From positions 26,306,839-26,370,838 of the forward strand of contig NC_090398.1 of assembly GCF_036365525.1 (NCBI RefSeq): a DNA stretch of 64,000 nt, read 5' to 3'. This stretch comes from Heterodontus francisci. Taxonomy: Eukaryota. Both the position numbers and the translations under genes were made by a program. A model generated the notes under the pieces. That model was given only the letters and a program-made list of their open reading frames with translations, had not been told where the DNA came from and did not search any database. Positions 52,878 through 64,000 of the stretch are shown here, piece by piece (position 1 is the stretch's first letter; every line of letters begins with the position of its first letter).

Positions 52878-53238
52878 GGTAACAGAGAGGGAGAGACTGG
52901 GATTCGGAGGGTAACAGAAAGGGAGAGACTAGGATTTAGAGGGTAACGGAGAGTGAGAGACTGGGATTCAGAGGGTAGCGGAGAGTGAGACTGGGATTCA
53001 GAGGGTAACAGAGAGGGAGAGACTGGGATTCAGATGGTAACAGAGGGGGAGAGACTGGGATTCGGAGGGTAACAGAAAGGGAGAGACTGGGATTCAGATG
53101 GTAACAGAGAGGGAGAGACTGGGATTCGGAGGGTAACAGAAAGGGAGAGACTAGGATTCAGAGGGTAACAGAGAGGGAGAGACTGGGATTCAGAGGGTAA
53201 CAGAGAGGGAGAGACTGGGATTCAGAGGGTAATAGAGG
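52878..53238. repeat. 32-bp minisatellite, ~11 units (CAGAGGGTAACAGAGAGGGAGAGACTGGGATT)
   Basis: Direct head-to-tail units with period 32; no spacers. Confidence 0.95.
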
Positions 53239-54267
53239 GAGAAATAGAGATGAAGAGAGAAGATGGGAGCCAAAGTCCAGTGTTCGTAACACATGGATAA
53301 AGAGGAACCGAGAGGTGAGACAGAGCTTGAGAGAGTAAAAGACAGAGGAAGGAGAGATAGAGATGGAGAGATTACCAGCAAGAGTAAATCTCCAGCACTC
53401 TCTTCATGCTTATCACTCCTTTTCTCTGTTACTCTCTATCCATCTATATCCGATGTTTCACAGCAGATAGAGAGTGGGAGAGAGAGTGGAAGGAACTATA
53501 CTCTATCTAATACATGCTGAACCTGCTCTGGGAGTGTTTAATGGGACATGTTAATCTGTTGTGCACAGTCCTGTACCAGTCTGTGAAGAGGATAACACAG
53601 CAGGTAAAACAGAACCATTCACTCTTGTCTGCTATTCTATGGCCCGTATACATCTCATATGATCCAATAGATCAGAAAGTGAGGTGAGAGTAACGGCCCC
53701 TAACCTCAAGGCAGCATTTGACTAAGTGGGGCATCATAGAGCCCGAGTAGAGTTGAAGTCAGTGGGAATCAGGGGGAAAACTCTCCACTGACTGGAATCA
53801 TACCGAGCACAAAGGAAGATGGTTGTGGTTGTTGGAGGTCAATCATCTCAGTCCCAGGACATCACTGCAGGAGTTCCTCAGCGTAGTGTCTGAGGCTCAA
53901 CCGTCTTCAGCTACTTCCTCAATGACCTGCCCTCCATCGTAAGGTCAGAAGTGGGGATGTTCACTAATGATTACACAGTGTTCAGTTCCATTTATAGACC
54001 AGGCAGCATCTGTGGAGAGAGAAACAGAATCAGCCATTCAGCTCGATGGTTTGCAGATTTCCAGCATCTACAGTATTTTACTTCAAATAATGAAGCAGTT
54101 CATAGCTGCATGCACCATGACCTGTGTTGAGGGTTTAGTGAGAGTGTTTTAGGGGTGAGTGTTGGATCAGTGTTTGATATTTTCAAACTGCAGTGACATT
54201 CTCAACAAGGGCAAGAGATAAAGGTTCAAAATTAACCAAAAAATGGCTGAAAGCATTGCTGTCCTGG

Positions 54268-54545
54268 GAGAGAGTGAGGGAGAGATGAAAGGAGAGAGGG
54301 AGGGAAAGAGAGAGGGAGAGATGGTGTCATAGAGACACAGACAGAGTCATGCACAGAGACAGAGAAAGAGAGACAGGGAGAGACAGACAGTGAGGGAGGG
54401 ACTGTGAAAGAGAGAGACGGAGAGAGGGAGAGACAGAAGCACAGAGAGAGACAGAGACAGTGATAGGGAAAGACAATGAGAGAGACAGCGATAGGGGCAG
54501 AGACCGAGATAGAGAGGGAGAGAGACAGAGGGAGTTTGGGATGGA
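54268..54545. repeat. GA-rich low-complexity tract
   Basis: Degenerate (GA)n/(GACA)n. Confidence 0.8.
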
Positions 54546-55589
54546 GAGTGTCAGTCAATGTTCCCACAAAGCTGTGTGCAGCATCGTTGAAGGTATGACA
54601 TAGCGAGAGATTGGGATTGAGAGGGTACAGAGGGAAATAGAGATAGAGAGAGAAGAGGAGAGAGATAAACATGGAGAGAGTAGCAGAGGGGAACTAGTGA
54701 TTGAGTGAGTAAGAGAGAGGGGAAGACAGAGATGGAGAGAGGTTACCACTAAGAGTAGCTCTCCACTTCTCTCTCCATGCCTATCTCTCCCTTTCTCACT
54801 GTTACCCTCTCTCCATCTATATTTTTCCCTCTGTCCTGACGTTTCACTCTCTTTGCCTATTTCTTGTACGTCTCCGAACACAGGATTACATCAAACTATG
54901 ATTATATTTTACATTTGCCCTTTCGATCTAACCTAACAACGTGACTGTCTCCAACATTCTCTCTGTGTCTGTGAACAGCGGGACCTTGGAATGAATGTTC
55001 ACTGATTCCTGAGGCTGACAGGACAGGTGGATAAGCTGGTTAGGAAGGGATAAGGGAGACTTTCATTTCCCGACCAGCGGAAATAATCTCTCAGTGTCAA
55101 CCCTATCCAGTCCCTTTAGAATCTGATATGTTTCAATGAGATCACCTCTCATTCTTCTAAACTCCAGAGAATACAGGTCCAATTTACTCAGCCTCTCATC
55201 ATAGGACAATGGCAGAGAAACTAAACAAATACTTTGTGTCTGTCTACATGTTCTCAGTCATGCTCTGTAATCTTCCTCCAATCATTGAACACTGCAGTTT
55301 ATGGATCATTTCACTGATTGCTGTTGAGCTGATGAATTTGTTTGATTGGCAGTGATAATATTTTTGGACCATTGTTTTGAGTCCAATGGGTTGCAACCAG
55401 GATTACTGGGTGATTTCTCTCTGCAACTTTTAACATTTAATAAAGCTTATCTGGGCATTAACCTGCAATCTGTTTTGAGATGTCTGACTCCACTCATTCT
55501 CCCGGGGATAAAGTTAATTTTGTCTGGCTGTGCACCCAATTAAATGACTGCTTGACACGGCGAGACTTTATTTACTGTGAACGTGTGCT

Positions 55590-56112
55590 GATCTCTCTCT
55601 CTCTCTCACACACACATACTATCTGCCTCTCTCTCTGCCCACATCTATCCCAGACTTTCCCTCTCTCTCTGATGGACACTCTATCTCTCATTCATTATTC
55701 ACTCATTCTGTACACCCTGTGTCTGCTCTTTTCCTCTAATTTCTCATTTTCCTTCCCACTCTCTCCAGCTCTCTCTCTCTTTCGCTGTTACTCTCTCCTC
55801 ACCTTTATCTCTCCATTTATCTGTTTCCTCACTCTCAAACTCTCCCTCTCCCTCACTCTCCACCTTCCTTTCTCTTTGATCTCTCTTCACATCTCTCTAT
55901 CACTCTCTCTCCATCTCTGTCCAATTGAGGAAATTTTGCCTCCATTTCTCACCATCTCTTGCTCTCTCACTCGCTTCCTATCACCTATTTTCTCTCAGTC
56001 TCTCCATCTCTCTATTATTCTTTCAATCTAATTTCTCTCTCTCTCCCCCATCACTCTCTCTTTTCTATTTCCCTCTCTATTACTTGCTCTCGAACTCTCT
56101 TGCTCTGTCTGT
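55590..56112. repeat. CT-rich low-complexity tract
   Basis: Degenerate (CT)n; source of the hydrophobic-looking ORF 55480-56031. Confidence 0.8.
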
Positions 56113-56199
56113 CCATGTTGGGTCCTTTAAGAGTTTGGGACAGTTCTGGTGGTGCAGGGTCCCTTTAAGAGTCTGGTCCTGACCCCCTCCCCTCCCCCA

Positions 56200-56600
56200 G
56201 GTGGTCACATGTCGTACAAACCGCGGCTGCGCAGAAGCCGGAGGGACCTGTTGACCTCCAAACACGTGGGGCGAGGCAGCCAATCAGAGGTCAGCGACGC
56301 CCTGGAGGGGCTGTGGCGTCCTCAACCGCCATGTTTGCGTGACGTCAACGGCCAGCCGTTTATTTCCGTAAAAAATTAGCTGAAAGTAAAAGGAGAAGCG
56401 GCTTCAGTTCTCGATCTCAATGGAGGAAACTTTAAAGTATGCGCCGCGGGAGGATTAAAAAAAGCGGCGGTTAACCCGCTTGTGGACTTGCGCATGTGCG
56501 GAGCCGCCTCCCAGAGAGCAGCGCGGCCATTCCTACAGATAGGGGCCTTTCCCAGTCGCGGGGCATTGTGGGGGCCGCATGACGCCATTGCTCCCTCATT
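56200..56600. promoter_or_regulatory. CpG-rich promoter-like island
   Basis: E-box CACGTG 56263, CCAAT 56280, YY1-like CCGCCATGTT 56326, full CRE TGACGTCA 56340, NRF1-like TGCGCATGTGCG 56489; CpG-dense compared with the flanks. Confidence 0.55.
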
Positions 56601-56871
56601 AACTCAGTTAAAGTCAACTCATTCCCTCTCAGCTCTCTTTCCCTGCTTTTCATATTGCAGGCTGAAATGGGCTTTGTTGGTAACAATTACACCATCCCGG
56701 GTGTGATCAGATACTCTGTCCCTCCGTAAACGATTTCCTGACCCTCCAACAGCTTGTGCCATTGCCCTATTTATCGGTATGTTTTCCCCTCTGATGATGA
56801 TGAATTTGTTAGTGGCTTTTCTCCTACTGAAGTTGTTGTTGTATTTTTTTGGGTCCTCGGGAAGCTCGTCT

Positions 56872-57050
56872 TTTCCTGTTGAAATTGTTGCATTTGTTGG
56901 TGCTTTTTCTCCTGTTGAGGTTGTTGTTGCATTTGTTGGTGTTTTTTTCTCCTGTTGAGGTTGTTGTTGCATTTGTTGGTGTTTTTTCTCCTGTTGAGGT
57001 TGTTGTTGCATTTGTTGGTGTTTTTTTCTTCTGTTGAGGTTGTTGCTGAA
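56872..57050. repeat. 39-40-bp tandem repeat (~4.5 units), minus strand encodes EKxPTNATTTSTG-like units
   Basis: ttttctcctgttgaggttgttgttgcatttgttggtg repeated, with variable T-run length. Confidence 0.85.
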
Positions 57051-58259
57051 TTGATTTGAAAAACACGTTTGCGAACACTTTTCGGGACGAGAAGCTACAT
57101 TCAACTGAATCCCAGGATCTGTTTATGTGTCAAGTTTTAAACACTAACCTTACATTAGTGAGGAGTCAGTCTCTGAAATAAATGTCCCAGTGTTGTGGTA
57201 ACATAAATTCGCCACTGTGAACACACCTAAAATAGCTGACTGATGTTTTGAGGGAGGAGGGAAAGAGAGACAGACAGACAGAAAGAAACACAAAGAGGGA
57301 GACACAGACCGAGAGGGTGATCCAGACACCGAGAGTGATAGCAGGATATTTGTCAGAGGATGAGGAGGAGGCCATTTAGCCCCTCAATCCTGTTCCAGCA
57401 TTCAATGAGATCAGGGCTGATCTGTGATCTAACTAACACCATATATCCCGCCTTTGCCCCTTATCTCTTAATACCTTTGGTCAACAACAATCTATCAATC
57501 CCAGATTTAAAAATCATCAATTAAACCAGCATGAATTCCTGTTTGCAGAAGAGAGACCCATAATTGCAAAGAAATCCAAAGGAATGATTGGACAGGCTGA
57601 GGTTGTTTTCTTTGGAACAGAGGAGGCTGAGGGGAGATTGAGTTGAGGTGTATAAAATTATGAGGGGCCTCGATAGAGTGGATAGGAAGGACCTATTTCC
57701 CTTAGCACAGAGGTTCATAAGCGGGGACATAGATTTCAAAATTTCCACAACCAATATCATAATGGCGTGATGCCTCCCACAGTGGAATAGCTGGATGGAT
57801 ATTTAAAGTGGAGCATATACCCTCTGGATCTCTCCCGATGTTTCTCTCTCCATCCCTATCTCTTAAATGTTTGTGTACACAGCAGTGAAGTATTACATCA
57901 AATTAATATATCTTACATTCTCCTTTTCAATCCACCCCAACAATCTCTCTCTCTCCAACCTTGCCCCTCTCGACAGCACTCTTTCTGTCCGCATATCTAA
58001 CCCTCTCCCCCTCTGTCTCTCTCGTAGTGTGAGAGACAGCAGGAGGGAGAGACAGAGAGGAAGACAGAGAGAGAATGTTGAAGGAACTGTACTCTGTTCC
58101 GAAGCTGTGCTGAAGCTGCTCTGGGAGTGTTTGATGGGCTACATTAATCGGCCGTGTACAGTCCTGTATCAGGCTGTGAAGAAGCAGAGCATGTTCAGTA
58201 CATAACGGGTCAAAGGAACGATTCACTCCAGTCTGCGACTGGGAAGAGAGACTGACCTT

Positions 58260-58890
58260 AACATCAAGGCAGCATTTGACCGAGAGTGGCATCGAGGAGC
58301 CCGAGTAAAATTGAAGTCAGTGGGAATCCGCTGGTTGGAATGATATCGAGCACAAAGGAAGATGGTTGTGGTTGTTGGAGGTCAATCATCTCAGTCCCAG
58401 GACATCACTGCAGGAGTTCCTCAGGGTAGTGTCCGAGGCCCAACCATCTTCAGCTGCTTCCTCAATGACCTGCCCTCCATCGTAAGGTCAGAAGTGGGGA
58501 TGTTCACTGATGATTGCATAGTGTTCAGTTCCATTCGCACCTCCTCAGATAATGAAATCCCAGCAGAAAATGCTGGAAATACTGAGCAGGTCAGGCAGCA
58601 TCTGTGGAGACAGAAACAGAGTTAGTGATTCAGCTCAATGCATTCCAGATTTCCAGCATCCACAGTATTTTGCCTCAGATAATGAAGCAATCCATAGCCA
58701 CATGCACAAAGATCCGGACAACATTCATGCTTGGGGCGATCAGTGGCAAGTAACATTCACGTCACACAAGTGCCAGGCAATGAGCATCTGCAACAAGAGA
58801 GAATCCAACCACCTCCCCTTGGCATTCAAAGCATTATCCCATCGCTGAATCCCCCAGCGTCAACATCCTGGGGAAACATTGACATCAAAC
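58260..58890 (+). mobile_element. Second LINE family RT fragment interrupted by a short insertion
   Basis: DITAGVPQGSVRGPTIFSCFLNDLPSIVRSEVGMFTDDC; duplicate copy at ~53700-54120. Confidence 0.8.
58557..58672. mobile_element. Short non-autonomous element with inverted ends and 14-bp target-site duplication
   Basis: Flanked by cctcagataatgaa at 58543-58556 and 58673-58686. Internal inverted motif atgctggaaat / atttccagcat. Related pieces at ~14780-14870, 19470-19550, 21930-22020 and 54000-54080. Confidence 0.7.
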
Positions 58891-59114
58891 ATAACTGAAC
58901 AAATCACATCAATAGTTTTTTCACCATCTCTCTGAGACAGAGAGACACAGATAAAGAATGTGAGGGGACCTTGACAGAACCTCAGTAAATTGTTCCAACC
59001 GTTGCTAACGATAGAAATCAAGGATTATATCAGAGAAAAGGAAGAGGCCGAGAACGTTAGCCCCTTTACAACTGTATCCTTTAGTTTAGATTGCCTCTCT
59101 GCTTTCTTCCTACC

Positions 59115-60700
59115 TGTGGAGGTGGGAGATGTGGGCATGGTTCTTAATGAATACTTGTGTCTGTCTTTATAAAAGAGGGAGAACGATGCAGATATTGTAG
59201 TTAAAGAGGAGGAGTGTGAAATATTGGATGGGATAACCAGAGTGAGAGGGAAATATGAAGGTTTTTGGTATCTTTGAAAGTGGATAAATGGTCAGGCCTA
59301 GATGCATTGGAACCAGTTCAGAGAAGGTTCACGAGGCTGATTCCTGGGATGAAGGGGTTGTCTTATGAGGAATGGTTGAACAGGTTGGGCCTATACTCAT
59401 TGGACTTCAGAAGAATGAGAGGTGATCTTATTGAAACATACTAAATACTTAAAGGGATAGACAAGTTAGATGCAGGGAAGATGTCTCCTTTGGTTCGGGA
59501 GTCTAGGACCAGGGGACACAATTTCAAAATAAGGGAGAAGCCACTTAGGACAAAGATAAGGAGAATTTCATGGCTCAGAGGGTTGTGAATCATTGGAATT
59601 CTTTACCCCAGTGGGCTTTGGAAGCTCAGTCTGGGGAAAAGGCATTGAAGTGGATGATCAGCCATGATAGTATTGAATGGGGGAGCAGGCTCGATGGGCT
59701 GAATGGCCTACTCCTGTTCCTATGTTCCCTAGCTGCCGAAATAGTTTGTCCCAAACTACCCCATCAGTTCCCCTTAATATCTCAACAACTTTGAACAAAT
59801 CACCTTGATCCTGCTAAATTCTAGGGAATATATCCCTAGTTTGTGTAACATCACCTCGTAATTTAACCCTTGGAGTCCAGTTATCTTTCTGGTAAATCTG
59901 CACTGCACTCAAATGGACACAAACCCCTCAAGTCTCTTTGGACCTCCAGTGTTTCTAGTTTTTCACCATTTATAAAGTACTCTGTTCCAGTCTTTTTTTG
60001 CTGACATTGAAATCTAACGACCACAGTTTTGCCCATTCACTTAAGTTATTAATATCTCTTTGTAATTTGATGCTTCCAGCTACACTGTTTACAATGCTGG
60101 CTATTTTTGTGTCATTGGCAAACTTGGGTATGTTGCATTCTACCCCATGATCTTAAATCATTAATAAATACAGCAAAACTGAGACACACACGGGCTTTGC
60201 ACTAGTAGACAGGAGTGAATCATTCCATCCTAGAGTTTTTTTATTTCCAGATTTATGTTTTTTTTAGAAAAAACAGAATTCAAATTCACAACAGCCCTGT
60301 GTGGGATTTGAACTCCTGCTTTTTCAGTCATCAGCTCAGGCCTTCAAATTAAAACACATAAAAAGAGATTCATTTTCCTACTGCTGTTGTCTGACTGTCT
60401 CAGCGTTTGTATATTGTTCCCTTCTCCTCTTCTTTCATGTGTCTGAAGTCTTTGAAGTTTGTCAGACATTGGTAAACTACTTCATGTGGTGTTGTGTAAA
60501 GACCTTCAATTCTGTTTATCTGCAAGGGACACAATTCAAATTCTCACCTTATTGCATCAAGTAAAACCTGCAGTTCCATTCAAACACCCCTATTTCCTGT
60601 CTCTGCAAAGATAGCTCACACTTCCACAATGCAGGAATGTCTGAATGGAAACAGCTTTTCACACATTTCCCAACACGTTTGCTAACACTTTTCAGGATGA
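59115..60700 (+). repeat. Segmental duplication unit, copy 2 (of 50838-52435)
   Basis: Collinear near-identity. Confidence 0.9.
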
Positions 60701-61369
60701 GAATCTACATTCAACGGAATCCCAGGATCTGTTTCTCTGTCAAGTTTAAAGCACTAACCTTACATTAGTGAGGAGTCAGTCTCTGAAATAAATGTCCCAA
60801 TGCTGTGGTAACATAAAATGGCCACTGAAAACCTAAAATGGCTGACTGATGTTCTGAGAGAGGAAGGAAAGAGAGACAGACAGACAGAAAGAGACACAAA
60901 GAGGGAGACACAGACCGAGAGGGTGACCCAGACACAGAGAGTGATAGCAGAATATTTGTCAGAGGACAGAGGAAGAGGAGGAGGCCATTTAGCCCCTCAA
61001 CCCTGTTCTGACATTCAGAGATCATGGCTGATCTGTGATCTAACTCCATATACCCGTCTTTGCCCCATATCACTTAATACCTTTTGTTAGTAAAAATCCA
61101 TCAATCTCAGATTTAAAAATTAACAAGTGTCTCAGCATCAATTGCTGTTTGTGGACGAGAGTTCCAAACTGATACCACACCCGGTGTGTTGAAATGTTTC
61201 TTCATTTCACTCCTGAATGGTTTTAGACTATGTTTAGATTTTTAGACTATGTCCACAAGTTCTAGACTCTGCAGCCAGTGGGAATAGTTTCTCTCTGTCT
61301 ACCCCATCAGTTTCCCTTAATATTCTGAAAATTATCAACAAATCACCCCTTAACCTTCTAAATTCCAGG

Positions 61370-61518
61370 GATACAGAGTAAAGCTCCATCTACACTGTCC
61401 CATTAAACATTCCCAAGCAAAGCACAGTGTGGGGTTAGACACAGAGTAAATTTCCCTCTGCACTGTCCCATCATACACGCCCAGGGCAGGGGCAGCATGG
61501 GGTTAGATACAGAGTAAA
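61370..61518. repeat. ~2 units of a ~67-bp repeat (gatacagagtaaagctcc.tctacactgtcccatcaaacactccca...); partial copy at 63459-63511
   Basis: Direct repetition of acagagtaaa...cactgtccca...ggggttaga. Confidence 0.65.
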
Positions 61519-61816
61519 GACAGGGCCTATTGTATTATAAACAGAGAAATGGTCTTGTGCAGTACAAACTGAGACTGGGTGAAACGCAGCAGAAGCAGAG
61601 ACACACACACAGATACAGACACTGATACACACACAAACCGACACACAGAGACTGCACAATCTACACATCAGTAAAAATCAACCAACAGACCCTTCATAAA
61701 GTATTCCCTTGTTCTGTCCAATCTGGTGTTGGGGGTTTTCGTGTTCTTGTGTGTTCCATTTCACCAGACTGCCTCCATCAGGGAGGTTATGCTAAACATT
61801 TAGAAAGTTCTGGTTA

Positions 61817-62528
61817 GGTAACAGAGAGGGAGAGACTGGGATTCAGAGGGTAACAGAGAGGGAGAGACTGGGTTCGGAAGGTAATAGAGAGGGAGAGACT
61901 GGGATTTGGAGGGTAACAGAGGGGGAGAGACTGGGATTCAGAGGGTAACAGAGAGGGAGAGACTGGGATTCAGAGGGTAACAGAGGGGGAGAGACTGGGA
62001 TTCCGAGGGTAACAGAGAGGGAGAGACTGGGATTTGGAGGGCAACAGAGAGGGAGAGACTGGGATTCCGAGGGTAACAGAGAGGGAGAGACTGGGATTCA
62101 GAGGGTAACAGAGTGCGAGAGACTGGGAATCAGAGGGTAACAGAGAGGGAGAGACCGAGATTCAGAGGGTAACAGAGAGCGAGAAACTGGGATTCAGAGG
62201 GTAACAGAGAGGGAGAGACTGGGATTCAGAGGGTAACAGAGTGCGAGAGACTGGGATTCAGAGGGTAACAGAGGGGGGGAGACTGGGATTCAGAGGGTAA
62301 CAGAGAGGGAGAGACTGGGATTCAGAGGGTAACAGAGTGCGAGAGACTGGGATTCAGAGGGTAACAGAGAGGGAGAGACTGGGATTCAGAGGGTAACGGG
62401 GGGGGGAGACTGGGATTTAGAGGGTTACAGAGGGGGGGAGACTGGGATTCAGAGGGTAACAGGGGGGGGGAGACTGGGATTTAGAGGGTTACAGAGGGGG
62501 AGACACTGGGATTCAGAGGGTAACAGAG
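61817..62528. repeat. 32-bp minisatellite, ~22 units (same unit as 52878-53238)
   Basis: Period 32; same left junction (ctggttagg|taacagag) as array 1. Confidence 0.95.
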
Positions 62529-62564
62529 AATACAGGTCCAATTTACTCAGTCTCTCATCATAGG

Positions 62565-63305
62565 ACAATGGCAGAGAGACTAAACAATTACTTTGTGTCT
62601 GTCTACACAGAGGAACATACTAAAAACCTCCCAGAAATAATGGAGAATCAAGGAACTAGTGTAAATGAGGAACTGCAAGCTAGAAATATTAGCTAAAAAA
62701 AAGTACCAGACAAATGAATGGGTCTGAAAGTAAATAAATCCCCTGGACCTGATGATCTACATCCCAGAGTGTTGAAAGAGGTGGCTGTAGAGATAGTTGA
62801 TTTATTGGTGGTCATCTTTCAAAATTCAATAGACTCTGGAATGGTTCCTGCAGATTGGAAGGTAGCAAATGTAATCCCACTATTTACAAAAGGAGGGAGA
62901 GAAAAAATGGGGAACTACGGACCTGTTAGTCTAACATCAGTCACAGGGAAAATGCTCAAATCTATAATAAAAGGATGTGATAAGCAGACACTTAGAAAAT
63001 AATGGTAGGATTGGTCAGAGTAAACATGGATTTATGAAAGGGAAATCATCTTTAACAAACCTGTTGGTGTTTTTTGAGGATGTAACATCGCGGAATAGAT
63101 AAGGGGGAACCGGTGGATGTGATAGATTTAGATTTTCAGAAAGCTTTTGATAAGATCCCACACAAGAGGTTAGTAAACAAAATTGAGAGCACATGGGATT
63201 GGGCGGAATATACTGGCATGGATTGAGAACTGGTTAATGGACAGGAAACAGAGAGTAGGAATAAATGGGTCATTTTCAGGTTGGCAGACTGTGACTAGTG
63301 GGACA
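62565..63305 (+). mobile_element. CR1-like ORF2 fragment (pre-RT and RT start)
   Basis: KSPGPDDLHPRVLKEVAVEIVD...WKVANVIPLFTKGGREKMGNYGPVSLTS; LAWIENWLMDRKQRVGING. Confidence 0.88.
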
Positions 63306-64000
63306 CTGCAAAGAGAGAGAGAGAGAGATAAAGGTATGTTAAACAGGCCGATGTCCATTCACCAAAATGAGGAAGCGGATGACAGTCTCTGATCCACAAC
63401 GGTTTTATCGGCAATTCATAGTTCAATCCAAATACCTGTTCCCACTCTTCCCTCCTGAACTGTCCCCAAACACTCCCAGGACAGGTACAGCATGGGGTTA
63501 GATACAGAGTAGACTTCTGATGGGCCTAGATAGAGTGGACAGGAAGGACCCATTTCCCTTAGCAGAGGGGTCAATAACCAGGGACATAGATTTCAAGATT
63601 TCCGCAACAATATCATGAAAGTGTGATGGCTCGCAGAGTGGAATAGCTTGCTGGATGTTTACAATGGAGCGTTTTCCCTCTAAATCATGAGAACCCAACT
63701 TGGGCCCCAACTTGATCTACATTTCTCCCTCTCTACCAATATTTCATTCTAAACACCAATCTTTCTCTGTGTGTGCACACAGTAGTGAAGGATTACATCA
63801 AATTAATATATCTTAAATTCACCTTTTCAATCCACCCCAACAATCTCTCTCTCTCCAACTTTGTCCCTCTCTACAGCCCTCTCTCTCTGTCTGCATATCT
63901 AACCCCCTCTCCCTCTGTCTCTCTCCTAGTGTCAGAGATAACAGGAGGGAGAGACAGAGAGAGGAGGACAGAGAGAGACACAGAGATCAACCCCAGTTTC

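Noticed and set aside
55480-56031. 183-aa hydrophobic ORF as a membrane protein (likewise 54232-54672)
   Set aside because: Translation of CT-rich low-complexity DNA (Leu/Ser bias), with no family motifs.
61817-62528. 32-bp repeats as a CRISPR array (also 52878-53238)
   Set aside because: Head-to-tail units with no unique spacers, no cas genes, eukaryotic context.

Overview
Vertebrate genomic DNA, almost certainly a cartilaginous fish (shark-type HE1/V-SINEs and abundant CR1-like LINE debris). It is not prokaryotic, and most entries in the ORF track are spurious or retroelement-derived. Three intact spliced genes can be built from the sequence. Two are tandem minus-strand two-exon class A GPCRs of the GPR139/GPR142-like type: join(3614..3545,1800..893), 325 aa, and join(14466..14397,12644..11674), 346 aa. 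The third is a divergently transcribed plus-strand MS4A/CD20-like four-transmembrane gene with six coding exons (23587..34883, 229 aa), which the ORF track does not assemble. The rest of the window holds CR1-like and other non-LTR retrotransposon fragments, SINEs, an antisense 28S rRNA fragment inside a LINE, and an 89-bp inverted templated copy of MS4A intron sequence inside a CR1. From about 49 kb onward there is a mosaic of local segmental duplications with two 32-bp minisatellite arrays, plus an orphan CpG-rich promoter-like island next to a decayed Thr-rich ORF that may be Polinton-like. The most interesting hypothesis is a linked, head-to-head GPR139-like plus MS4A candidate chemosensory cluster. 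All family assignments come from motif recognition by eye; no database searches were run.
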